Source: Catajapyx aquilonaris (taxonomy: Eukaryota). From it: a stretch of DNA of 48,884 nt. The translations under genes were made by a program, and so were the position numbers. The stretch is from assembly GCA_000934665.2 (NCBI GenBank), contig JYFJ02002919.1, positions 1 through 48,884 on the forward strand, written 5' to 3'. The notes beneath the pieces were generated by a model, which was not told the origin of the DNA, did not search any database, and saw only the letters and a list, made by a program, of their open reading frames with translations. Position 1 is the stretch's first letter. Every line of letters starts with the position of its first letter. Shown here piece after piece: positions 35,001 to 46,704 of the stretch.

Positions 35001-35782
35001 GATCTTCCATGGGAGAAGTAGCTGGTTTTTCTGTGTCTTGCCTAGAAGCAGCTGGCTTTTCTATGGCCTGGGAAGTGGTGGGCTGTTCCTTAGGAGGATG
35101 TGTGAAGAGTTGATCTTCCATGGGAGAAGTAGCTGGTTTTTCTGTGTCTTGCCTAGGGAAAGCAGCTGGTTTTTCTATGGCCTGGGATGTGGTGGGCTGT
35201 TCCTTAGGAAGATGTGTGAAGAGTTGATCTTCCATGGGAGAAGTAGCTGGTTTTTCTTTGTCTTGGCTAGGGAAAGCAGCTGGTTTTCCTTTGTCTTGCC
35301 TAGGAAAAGCAGGTGGTTTTTCTTTATCTGGAGAATATGTAAATTTTCTGCCAGGCGGATAAATCATTACTATTTCTTCAGGTGGAGGTGAACTTGATTT
35401 TGTTTCAGAATCGCAGTGACACGCCATTGCCGACATATGTGGAACTCGGTCATGTTGTTCAACCTCTTTGATCTCTTCAGATGGTGTTTCAGATTGTGTT
35501 TCAGATTGTGTTTCAGATCCTGAGTAAATGCCAATTCTCGGGATCCTTAAGTTTGACAGCCTGTTTGTACGGAGATTAATGAGAGAGAACAAACGGCATG
35601 TTATTGAGTATATATCGCTGGAACAATGCATCAAATGTTGTTGTTTTTTTCAATAGAAAAGACAGACCTTGTCGGATGTGACCGAAAATGTTTCCGAATC
35701 TTGTCCAACCTGGACAATCTGGTCTGTGGGAATACTGATATAGGCCCTGGTGCGCCCGACGTGTGAACATGACCATGGTGCC
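29027..35782 (-). CDS. SLC3/rBAT-like type II membrane protein: long acidic repeat N-terminus, one TM helix, catalytically degenerate GH13 (maltase-like) ectodomain; 5' end uncertain
   Basis: TM helix IYCCCIYIILLILANVLMLLFLVMI, then PNCQPDEDWWRMQVIYEIYPHS, GIQEKLAYLESIGV, YDVQDF, IIDFIPNHTS, PPNNW, DLNYRNPAVLEEMK, GVDGIRVLH and MLPGT...GDE across ~11 exons with GT-AG junctions. Confidence 0.85.
33075..34110 (-). repeat. Coding 27-bp (9-aa) tandem repeat, EEPESYPLQ / EVTETYPTQ / EGPEICPPE variants
   Basis: Visible in DNA and in ORF 31702..35634. Confidence 0.9.
34830..35320 (-). repeat. Coding ~114-bp (38-aa) tandem repeat EKPATSPMEDQLFTHPPKEQPTTSQAIEKPAAFPRQDT, 4 copies
   Basis: Visible in DNA and in ORF 31702..35634. 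Confidence 0.9.
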
Positions 35783-36220
35783 CTAGAAATGGAACATCGA
35801 GGAACAATAGACATGTGATGTTCATATGGACGTCGTTGTCGACATCAGTTCAAAGACAACGACGCCGTATGATTTAGGAAAATATATTCTAGTTTCTCTC
35901 ACTGTCTGGCTGGTTTGCCACGTCCCGATGAAATTCGGACCTGCAGTTTGGGGAAGGACAGATGCAGGCAATGTCTCGGTATATCTGACTCGCGGTGGTG
36001 CCTGTTGGAAGCGATCCATACGATTCCACGGACCCATCGTCCTCCTCCGAGCTGCTCATTTTGTGCTCCTCTGTCAGTACTCGGGTCTGATAGATTGGAA
36101 ATCACGGAGCCTACAACAGAACACGACCTGTTATCTCGCTCTGTTTCCGTGGAAATGCAGAGTCGGCGGTAAACAATAAACTGTAAGAGTAACATATTTT
36201 GCCAAGTTCTCAGTTCAGTC

Positions 36221-37936
36221 ATGGGGAAATTCATAATTGGTTGGGACCTGGCCAAACTGTACGTGATGGCTACTGTGGCTTCGCTCTTGTTCACCTTGTA
36301 CGCCGTTAATTATTGTGAGTAAACCTAACACAACTGCACAGCGACACCGGCAGGAAAAATATCCTAAGTCATCGATGTAAGGGTAAAAGGTTGTGAGATG
36401 TGACATCCCTAGGTTGTCACTTCAGACTTTTGTAGTGGTCATCGCCACATCCTATAGATTTTCAAGGGATCCTACAACCCACAGCAGTGTGGTAATTGTT
36501 TTTTTCACTCATTACGTGTAACTGAATGTCGAAATTACACCGTCATTGATATTTCTGAGTGGATCAATATAATTAATAGATTTCGTGTATCCCGTGGCTC
36601 TTCCCAAACGGCCAGACGTGATTGAGGTCATCAGTAAAGATGAGGCCAGGTCATTAAGAGCGGCGAGATACGCTCATCATTGCAACGGTTCCCTACAAGA
36701 AGACAAAGAATTTTCGTGGCTTTTCACCAGGTGAATAACCAGACACACACCTGACCCTTGCAAAATATATTTTGCTGTACGACATATTGTTGTGTGTGCA
36801 ATGCTTGGGTTTATTTTAAAATCTAATGTGATTGCAACTTTGTGGACACTATTTCTTAGAGACATCGCATACTACACGAGGCCCTCGGACGACTCGACAC
36901 TTTACGAGCCAGAGTTTGTTTGTGGTTTGGATGGCCAAGGACCAGTTTTCCTTCTGGTGGTGGTTATGAGCTCTCCTTCTCACTTTGGCCACAGGGATGC
37001 CATCAGGAGGACATGGGGATCGGAGCTGACAAAGATGAGGAGTGATGTCCGCATGGTGTTCTTCCTCGGGCTTCTCAATGACACCCATTTGCAGGTAATT
37101 AGCAATGCCCTGTAATTATCATGAGTCATGCTGCACTATAAAGCAATGCTTCACAGTCTGAGGTGACGTATGAGATGTCTCGATATGGTGACATCGTTCA
37201 AGTCGAGTTGTGCGATTCCTATCAAAACTTGACCCTGAAGTTGGTCCACACTTTGAAGTGGAGTCTGAAGAGATGTCCCAAAGCCAGATTCATCATGAAG
37301 GCTGACGACGACATCTTCATTTCGCCTTCTAACCTTCTCAGAATGCTTGAACAGCACGAGAGGAAGGTGAGATCATTAGGAAATAAAAATATTGAATTTC
37401 ATGCGAACTTGTTTCCACATAACTATTCTGTTTAGTCAGTCTAGACTCTAGACTGTCTATAGAGAATGAATAACATAGTGAAATGTCGTAAACATTTACA
37501 TTAAATACCGCAGAGTGAAGATTATGTGCTCATCGGATCAGTGTTCCCAAACTGGGGGCACCATATTGAACCCCGATCCAAGTGGTACGTCCCCGAGACA
37601 CTGCGCATCTCCCCTCCACTTCCGCCGATATTACAAGGTCCATCTTACATATTCTCCGGATCTCTGCTTCCACGTCTCTACAATGAATCACTGGACACTC
37701 CTTTTGTTAACCTAGAGGACGTATTCCTGACCGGTCTGGTTGCTGTCCAGAGACTCGGATTAACTCAGACAAATGACCGTAGGTTTCATCGTGGCAAGCC
37801 CTTGCACCTGGCCTCGTACCTGAATGTGATTAGGGCCCACAGTTTCACTCCTCAGGAATTGATATCGACCTGGGAGAAGATCGTAGGGCTCAAAAGAGCC
37901 CGAGCGGGCAGGTGGAACGGTATTGTTCATGGGTGA
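36221..37936 (+). CDS. Beta-1,3-galactosyltransferase-like (GT31) copy 1; exons 36221-36314, 36580-36730, 36860-37094, 37157-37366, 37514-37936
   Basis: N-terminal signal anchor, then RDAIRRTWG, DIVQVELCDSYQNLTLK, MKADDDIFI (DxD), SKWYVP and EDVFLTG. Confidence 0.88.
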
Positions 37937-38132
37937 CATTGTGTGTTGGATTTTGTGTACGCCAGCAGGGTTCTTTGCATGAATGGCCATTTCTCTCTCA
38001 AAATGACACTTTATGCCGTTGTTTTATTCCCTTCGTTTGTGATTGTCTGGAACTTAATTAAACCACTTTCCCATGTCTAAGGGATGTGCAGGTAGTGTTT
38101 TTTTTATGAGGAGCAACAATGCTCCTATGATG

Positions 38133-38315
38133 AAGAACATTCTAGTGGAAATGAACGCCCTAATTATTTACATTTAGCAGAGATTTAATTGCATTTATGG
38201 TCTTCATGCGGGGCCTTACATTAACTGGCGTCATCTGTGGGTGGATGGAGAACCTTCAACATGTGCGGACAATCCGCATGAGAGCGCTGCTGGTTGAGTC
38301 GCCAATGCGGCGGGA
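38133..38315. repeat. ~180-bp segment duplicated near-identically at 41048-41230
   Basis: AAGAACATTC.AGTGGAAATGAACGCCC...GGTTGAGTCGCCA.TGCGGCGGGA occurs at both sites. Confidence 0.85.
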
Positions 38316-38489
38316 GGCCCCTTATCCTGATGTTCCAGGTAGACTCTAAGTGAGGCCAAAGAGACCTCAACAAACCATGGAGGAACCATTTTGGACTGCT
38401 CTGGTTGCTGCCCAAAGTCTCGGACCGATGACCGATGACCGGCGACTTTATATGCTCTCAAGCCTCTTCCCATGTGTAATGATGATGTG

Positions 38490-38640
38490 TTATTATCTGG
38501 ATGTGATTCGGGTCCACAGTTTCACTCCTCATGAACTGCTGCTGTCTACCTGGGAGAAGGTCGCAGCTTTCAAAAAGAGCGTGAGCAGCACAGCTGTCAA
38601 CAACATGTGCAACAGTTCGTGGGTGAACTATCTGGTGTTG
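38490..38640 (+). pseudogene. 3'-terminal fragment of a fourth GT31 gene
   Basis: YLDVIRVHSFTPHELLLSTWEKVAAFKKSVSSTAVNNMCNSSWVNYL matches the C-termini of copies 2 and 3. No upstream exons were seen. Confidence 0.8.
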
Positions 38641-38971
38641 TCTGGTGGGGGCAATATGATTGCCGGGTACAGACGTCGCAGCTGTTGGCAGAACCCACCA
38701 CATGTTTTGGTGAAACGGCAGGATGATGTGTATAGGTGGAACAATGTACTGTACTTGTACAAGAAAGTGGTTCCAGAGAGTTTTTTAAAGAAAAAAAAAC
38801 AGCGTAGGCCTAAGGAAAAAGGGCGAATATCCCAGGTGCTAATAAAGGGACAAATTTGGCCCAAACTTCGCATTTTGTGATAAAAGTGTGAAACTCGGTT
38901 ATTCTCTCGTTCTTTGGACACTTCTAAGCATATTTGGATATGGAGTCACGCCCCTTATTCGTCCTGATTAA

Positions 38972-39736
38972 AGGGACACTCCACTCAAAATACAAGTTGA
39001 TCTGTAAAGACAAGGCAAAAATCCTGATTCCGGTGATACCATCCGTTTATCTCTGAGACGAACGGTAATGTCAGGGGAAGAGACGAACGTCGGAAAAAAT
39101 TCGAGGTCTGTTCGAGAGTGGCGCCGCCTGGCCACCTGGCCAAGTTAGGCGACGTTGGATAGTAGCGCCGCCCTTCCCAACGGGCATTAGGGGAAGTTGG
39201 CTTCGGACACAACCAGATCCCCACGGATCCCCATACCCGTAGGCAACTTATCCAAGTCGCCGTTGGGAAGGGCGGCGCTACTATCCAACGTCGCCTAACT
39301 TGGCCAGGTGGCCAGGCGGCGCCACTCTCGAACAGACCTCGAATTTTTTCCGACTTTCGTCTCTTCCCCTGAGATTACCGTTCGTCTCAGAGATAATAAT
39401 GCATACCCCGTTATCAGCCTATCGGCTCTTTAGGGGGGAGGTTTTGTTTTGCCTGGAACTCTTTGCTTTCATTTTACTGCGCTTTTTGGGATGGGATAGG
39501 GACGGAAGGAAGCGGCTGTGGCCTATTAATTACGGAAACAACTCCGGAATTTTCCTGGAAGGACTGTGGGAAACCACAGAAAACCATGGTCAGAGCTCCC
39601 GATTAGCAGTCGGACACCATATCCCCTACTCCAAACTGCTTCGGTACGTCTCAGAGATAAACGGATGGTATCACCGGAATCGGGATTTTTTGCCTGATTT
39701 TTACAGATCAACTTGTATTTTGAGTGGAGTGTCCCT
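38972..39736. mobile_element. Palindromic non-autonomous DNA transposon (Kolobok/T2-type MITE) interrupted by a SINE
   Basis: TTAA TSD at 38968-38971 and 39737-39740. Termini AGGGACACTCCACTCAAAATACAAGTTGATCTGTAAA and its exact reverse complement. The arms stay inverted for ~200 bp. Confidence 0.88.
39397..39646 (-). mobile_element. tRNA-derived SINE copy (B box deleted) inserted in the MITE
   Basis: Reverse-complement match to the 43930-44213 SINE. 14-bp TSD CGTCTCAGAGATAA at 39383-39396 and 39647-39660. Confidence 0.88.
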
Positions 39737-39789
39737 TTAATGTCAATGTATATTGTATGTGCACGTGTATGCGCCTGTTCAATATAGTA

Positions 39790-40505
39790 ACCCTGCGAAA
39801 GTGATTTTCAGCAGGGTCGGTGATCGTGACCCCACTTCCATACAATCATGTTCACAAGTGTCCAAATTGTCCAATTGTGGCGAAATTCACGGTTTTATCA
39901 CATAATGCAAGGTCCTTATTCATGGAACGGTATGATGCAGCTGTTTGATTTGGCAACCCCGCGAAAGTGACCTCCAGTGGGGTCACCCAGCGTGGCCCCA
40001 CGTACAAATATGCTGAGAAGTGTCCAAAGAACTGGTGTACTGAGTTTCATGTTTTTATCACGGAATATAGAGTCCTAAATAATTAATAATAATTAATTTG
40101 ATACCCCATTATCAGCCTACCGGGCTTTTCTAGGGGGGAATTTCTCCCAATTTTTTGTCTGGAACCCTTCCATTTTTACTATTTTTCTCATCATCGGAAT
40201 GAAGCAGGGAAAGGGAAGGAAGGAAGCGGCTGTGGCCTACATTACGGTAACGACCCCGGAATTATCCTGCAAGGACCATGGGAAACCACAGAAAACCACG
40301 GTCAGGGTCGCCGGCCTCCGGGATTCGAACCCAGGATAGAGTCCTAAATATATGATGCAAGATGCACCTGGTAGATATGGCAACCCTGTGAAAGTGACCC
40401 CCGGCGGGGCCACCCATCGTGGGCCGACGTCCAGATGTCCTCAGAAGTGCCCAAAGAATGAGTGTACCGAGTTTCATACTTTTTATCACAAGATGCAAAG
40501 TTAAA
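39790..40505. repeat. ~165-bp degenerate tandem units (x3), one inverted relative at ~38865-38950
   Basis: CC.G.GAAAGTGA...AAGTGTCCAAA...TTTTATCAC recurs at ~39791, ~39958 and ~40384. Confidence 0.7.
40082..40335 (-). mobile_element. 5'-truncated tRNA-derived SINE, related subfamily
   Basis: Retains B box (GGATTCGAACC on plus) and the GGTTTTCTGTGGTTTCCC core. 15-bp TSD ATAGAGTCCTAAATA at 40067-40081 and 40336-40350. Confidence 0.85.
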
Positions 40506-41504
40506 ACCCTCAGCATCCGGATTATTAAAAACAATTTAGGAAGAAGGGCTAATATCCATTGAATTTTTTTACGCTTAAATATAATTATATAAATATTTTC
40601 TAATTGTCATGTCATTGCCAAAGAAAATCAATGCATTGCTCCAATGCAATCCAAAAATCTAGAGCTTCTAGCCCCTTCTACAGTAATGATGCGATTTGTG
40701 AGGGCAATTTTAAATTTTAAATCTATTATAATTAGCGCTCCTGTAAAAAAGTTTTTAATTGGTCTATTCACACTTTCTCTCCTCTTTTTGAGTGAGCAGC
40801 AATGCTCTTGAATTATTGTCTTTTGGTTGAGTTTTTGGCGGGGTGGTGCGCGGACCACCCCTTTCCTACAAAAATTAGAAGGTAATTGAAACCACATTGC
40901 AATTATACGTTACAACGGTCTAATATCATGTCATCCCAGAGGTGAACCAGGTTGAGGCAAAGACTCCGTGTTTTGGCCTGGCCCATGTCATTTACTGCCT
41001 CGTTAAACCTGGGGTTTATTAATTGCGTAGTGATCAGTGATATTAGGAAGAACATTCGAGTGGAAATGAACGCCCTAATTATTTACATTTAGCAGAGATT
41101 TAATTGCATTCATGGTCTTCATGCGGGGCCTTACATTAACTGGCGTCATCTGTGGGTGGATGGAGAACCTTCAACATGTGCGGACAATCCGCATGAGAGC
41201 GCTGCTGGTTGAGTCGCCAGTGCGGCGGGAGTTTGAATCTCAAACATAACAAAGACTTTGTTGCACTTTACTCGGAACATAAACACAATCCAGTCCATGT
41301 GTGGATGCGCACCATGTTTTCAATGAAAAATGCAATTGACTCCATTCCTATCCGGAATGTCAACAAACGACATGGGAGCCAATATGAACGTTGTAATTCC
41401 CGGAACTGTTGTGTAAAACCATCCAAGAGTTTGTTTATTTTTCCGACCAGTTCTACGACATATTGGAACAGTGCTGCGTAACATTCTCGCTCATCAGTTC
41501 GGTC

Positions 41505-43200
41505 ATGGCGAAGAAGGTCGCATCTGGAGTATTCAAACTGTATGTGGTTGCTGGGGTTTCCCTCTTGCTCAACTTGTGCCTCATTTACTGGCATGGTTAG
41601 TAATCCCAGCACTTGATTGAATCGCAGTCCAGCACAATAAGCTGGACTTTTGTTTTTGTGAAAGGTTGTGAGATGCGACCTCCCTATAGGTCGTCACTCT
41701 AGACTCTTTGTAGTGGTCATCGCCTCATCATATACGTAGTTTTCAAAGGGATCCTAGTATACAAGCCACAGCAGTGTGGCAATCGGTTTTTCACTCGTTA
41801 CGTGTAACTGAATGTTGAAATTACACCGTCATTGATATTTCTTAGTGGATCAAGATAATTAATAGATTTCCTGTATTCAGTGGCTCTTCCCAAAAGGCCA
41901 GAAGTGATTGAGGTCAGCAGTGAGGAGAAGGCCAGGTCATTAAGAGCTGCGAGATACGCCCACTATTGCAACAGTTCTCTACAAGAAGACAAAGAATTTT
42001 CGTGGCTTTTTACGAGGTAAATATCCAGACACCTGACCCTTTCAAAATATATTTATCTGTAGTCTACCACAAATTGTTGTGTGTGCAACGCTTATTGGGT
42101 TTATTTTAAAATCTAATTTGATTGCAACTTTTTGGACGCTGTTTCTTAGAGACATCGCATACTACACGAGGCCATCAGAAGACTCGACACTTTACGAGCC
42201 AGAGTTTGTGTGTGGTTTGGATGGCCAAGAACCAGTTTTCCTTCTGGTGGTGGTTATGAGCCCTCCTTCTCACTTTGGACACAGGGATGCCATCAGGAGG
42301 ACATGGGGATCGGAGCTGACAAAGATGAGGAGTGATGTCCGCATGGTGTTCTTCCTCGGGCTTGTCAATGACACCCATTTTCAAGTAATTAGCCCTGTAA
42401 TTATCACGAGTATTTCATTAACGCAATGCTTCATAGTCTGAGGTGACAGCCGAGGTGACCCGTCATGGTGACATAGTTCAAGTCGAGTTGTGCGATTCCT
42501 ACCGAAATCTGACTCTGAAGGTGGTCCACATGCTGAAGTGGACTCTGAAGAGATGTCCCAGGGCCAGATTCATCATGAAGGCAGACGACGACATCTTCAT
42601 TTCGCCTGCTAATCTCCTCAGAATGCTTGAACAGCACGAGAGGAAGGTGAGATCATTTACCCTTAATTTATCCTTAATTTGAATTGATGAATAAGGAAGT
42701 GAAAAATCGAGTTTAAATTTTGCTAACTTCCACAGAGTGAAGATTATGTGCTCATTGGATCAGTGATCCAAAACCGTTTAGAACATGCTCCTCCACGATC
42801 CAAGTGGTACGTCCCCGAGACACTGCGTCTCCAACATCCACTTCCTCATAATTTACATGGGCCATCTTACATATTCTCCGGATCTCTGCTTCCAAGACTC
42901 TACAATGAATCACTGGACACTCCTTTTGTGAACATGGAAGACCTATTCTTGACCGGTCTGGTTGCTGTCCAAAGGCTCGGGTTGAATGTGACAGATGACC
43001 GGGGATTTCATGTCATTAAGCCTTTTCACATCTGCTCATACCTGAATGTGATTCGGGTGCACAGTTTCACTCCTCAGGAATTGTTAATGGCCTGGCGGAG
43101 GGTCGCAGATTTCAAAAAGGAGGTGAGCAGGACTGGCGGCAAATTGTGTAGCACGTCCAGGGTGAAACATCTGGAGATGGAGTACTCCAGGGTACCTTGA
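41505..43200 (+). CDS. Beta-1,3-galactosyltransferase-like (GT31) copy 2, 5 exons
   Basis: Exon 1 MAKKVASGVFKLYVVAGVSLLLNLCLIYWH. Same exon layout and motifs as copy 1 (RDAIRRTWG, KADDDIFI, EDLFLTG). Confidence 0.88.
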
Positions 43201-43709
43201 ATGACGTACAATTCGCGGCACGACGACGGCAGTGCAAACAAGGCTTTACATCTCCGTGTGCAGAAGCAGACTGCCCGAACAATGGTATCACACACAGTGT
43301 TGTTAGTGTTATGCTTCCATTCAACGGGATGAGGATGGTTTTTTTTAGGTTTGTGCAATATGGTGCCTAAATCACTATTCATTTTTTATATTCTGTGTAT
43401 GAAGTGTACTAAAATTGTTTCAAAATATAGGCATTTTTAAAAATCGAAAGGACGTGAAGGAAGCAGCTTATAATCACCAATTAACAGTCATGAGTTGAAT
43501 GAGAGCAATGATGAAATTCATGCGACATATGGGTGATTGCAGTCTGTATAAAACTATCATTATTTACAGCCTCTGCATGTAGACAAAAGAAGAACAGTTA
43601 TTCCTCGACATCCTCGTATGGTGGAATGTTTCACCGCACGCAACTGCAGCATAGGCTACATATTGCGAGACTATGAGACTGTATATGCCATATGCTACTT
43701 ATTTCAATC

Positions 43710-45815
43710 ATGGGATCGATCATACCTGGAAGGGGTATAGGTTTAGTCAAACTATACGTGATTACAGGAATTATTATCTTGTGCACTTTGAACTTCATTT
43801 ACTATGGTGAGTAACCCTAATCAATATCTCTTAAAAATTTCTGCCACAATAAAGTCGGTTTTATTTTTATTTTTTAAATACTTACGCCACACGCTTGTGA
43901 CAGGATAATCTCTATTATTGTAACATAAACCGAAGCAGGTTGGCATAGTGGATAAGGCATCCGACTGCTAATCGGGAGGTCCTGGGTTCGAATCCCGGGG
44001 CCGGCAACTCTGACCTTGGTTTTCTGTGGTTTCCCACGGTCCTTCCAGGGAAATTCCGGAGTTGCTTCCGTAATTAATAGGCCACAGCCGCTTCATTCCG
44101 TCCCTATCCTATCCCAAAGTGCACAGTAAAATGAGAAGCAAAGAGTTCCAGGCAAAACAAACTTCCCCCCTAAAGAGCCGATGGCTGATAACGGGGTATG
44201 AATTATTAATTATTATTATTGTAACATAAATTGCGTTATATCTTCGACAAAGACCTGCGTAGCAGAGTGGTCAGTTAAATGTTAGGGCCTACTGGTTTCC
44301 CCTAATTTCATGTAAGTTATTCGCAAAATTACAGTCTTGATTGGTCTTTTTAGTGCATGGAATTAATTTAGTGACTACCGCTTTATGTTTTTACCAGCTC
44401 TTCCCAAAAGGGTAAACGTGATGAAAGGCAGCAGTGAAGATGAGGTCAGGTCATTAAGAGCTGCGAGTTATGCCCATCATTGCAACAGTTCTCTCAAGGA
44501 GGACAAGGAATTTTTATGGCTTTTCACGAGGTAAAATATGCAGACACATGACCTTTTATGCTATTCCAAAGTAGACTATCATAACTGCAGTGTACAGTAT
44601 TACAAAGGTTTTAAACTCTATTTCCATTTCATAAGTGTCCATATATTATTCTGTATAAATAGTTCTGAACGCAACGTTTTGGACGCTGTTTCTTAGAGAC
44701 ATCGCATACTACACAAGGCCATCGGAAGACTCGACACTTTACGAGCCAGAGTTTGTGTGTGGTTTGGATGGCCAAGAACCAGTTTTCCTTCTGGTGGTGG
44801 TTCAGAGCTCGCCTTCTCACTTTGGACACAGGGATGCCATCAGGAGGACATGGGGATCGGAGCTGACAAAGATGAGGAGTGATGTCCGCATGGTGTTCTT
44901 CCTCGGGCTTATCAATGACACCCATTTGCAGGTAATTAGCAATGCCCTGTAATTATCATGAGTCATGCTGCACTAACGCAATGCTTCACAGTCTGAGGTG
45001 ACATATGAGATGTCTCGACATGGTGACATCGTTCAAGTCGAGTTGTGCGATTCCTATCAAAACTTGACCCTGAAGGCGGTCCACACGTTGAAGTGGAGTC
45101 TGAAGAGATGTCCCAAGGCCACATTCATCATGAAGGCTGACGACGACATCTTCATTTCGCCTGACAACCTTCTCAGAATGCTTGAACAGCACGAGAGGAA
45201 GGTGAGATCATTAGGAAATAAAAATACTGAATTTCATGTGAACTTGTTTCCACATTACTATTCTGTTTAGTCAGTCTAGACTATAGACTGTCTAGAGAAT
45301 CAATAACACAGTGAAATGTCGTAAACATTATTTTACATTAAATACTGCAGAGGGAAGATTATGTGCTCATCGGATCAGTGTTCCCAAACTGGTGGCAACA
45401 TATTGAACCCCGGTCCAAGTGGTACGTCCCCAAAACACTGCGTCTCCAACCTCCTCTTCCTCAATTTTTACATGGTCCATCTTACATATTCTCCGGATCT
45501 CTCCTCCCAAGACTCTACAATGAATCACTGGACACTCCTTTTGTGAACATAGAAGACGTGTTCCTGACTGGTCTGGTAGCTGACCGTCGACTGGGATTGA
45601 CCCTGACGGATGACCGGAGGTTTCACGGTGTCAGGCCTTTTCACGTGTGCTCTTACCTGGATGTGATTCGGGCCCACAGTTTCGCTCCTCAGGAATTGCT
45701 GGCCAATTGGGAGATATTCGTAGCGTTAAATAAGAGTGCGAGGATACCTGGGAACAACATGTGTAACAGTTCGTGGGTGACATATCTGAGTATAATGTAC
45801 TCGAGTATCCCTTGA
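43710..45815 (+). CDS. Beta-1,3-galactosyltransferase-like (GT31) copy 3, 5 exons
   Basis: Exon 1 43710-43806 MGSIIPGRGIGLVKLYVITGIIILCTLNFIYY; exon 2 44398-44530; same catalytic motifs; stop at 45815. Confidence 0.88.
43930..44213 (+). mobile_element. Full-length tRNA-derived SINE in intron 1 of GT31 copy 3
   Basis: A box TGGCATAGTGG, B box GGTTCGAATCC, body with GGTTTTCTGTGGTTTCCC and an (ATT)n tail. TSD TATTATTGTAACATAAA at 43913-43929 and 44214-44230. Confidence 0.9.
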
Positions 45816-46704
45816 GTGAAGAAAACGGAAACGTGAAGCATACACGCCGACGTACATGAGTTTTATTGCGGGTAGGAGAGCAGGACGGTCGCGCTCAATC
45901 GTGATTGACTTCGAGATAAAAATGCCATAATTTTGCTTGAAAATGGCATTATTCTTTAATTGATATTTTTCCAAACATTTATTTTAGCGATTTTTTTTGT
46001 TTTATCATAAATCAGGCTGATATCCAAAAGTATTTTTTTTTGCGGACGACATAATAAACAAGCAACGGCGCGCCGGTCTCTGAGTGATTTTCTGGTAAAT
46101 TTCAGGCGAGCAAATACATGAATTTTATCAGATGCGACCCAGGTTAATGCTAAAAAGCGGTTCCTTTATCTCACCCTGACAAAATTAGATGTAGTGAGGG
46201 AGAAGGATGATTCTGGAGCTAATTTAGTCCAGAAATTCGATCATATTACATCTGGAAAATATTTTGAAAATCACTGAATACGATGGACATAGGTAATGGA
46301 GACAATCATTCCAAAGAAAAATTCAGTCTGGTGCATACAAATAATTTAATATTACTTATTTGTGTTGTTACATAATTATGAGGCGTGGTCACTTATTTCA
46401 CTCAAAAAAACACCAAGTGCTGTGTTAATCACTTGTCAGTGATAGATGAAATTACTTCGCAAAATTGGTCTTTGATTATAACAGGTTAAGGGATTGTAAA
46501 AACACGAAGACCTAGAGGTCTTATGCGAATTGAAAACATCCTAATAATGGTGCATTACGTACATTACGTGCAATTATACAATGAAACAATAATAAGTACA
46601 TTGTTAACACTACTAAAACCTTGAATGGTGAATGGTAACTTTTCGAAACGAGTTGGAAACACTATAACTTGAGTATGTTACTTTGCACTGTAATAATTGG
46701 GAAC

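Noticed and set aside
43934..44008. tRNA-Ser(GCT) gene
   Set aside because: No long variable arm and a poor acceptor stem. It continues into a repeated body with (ATT)n tail and TSD, so it is a SINE head.
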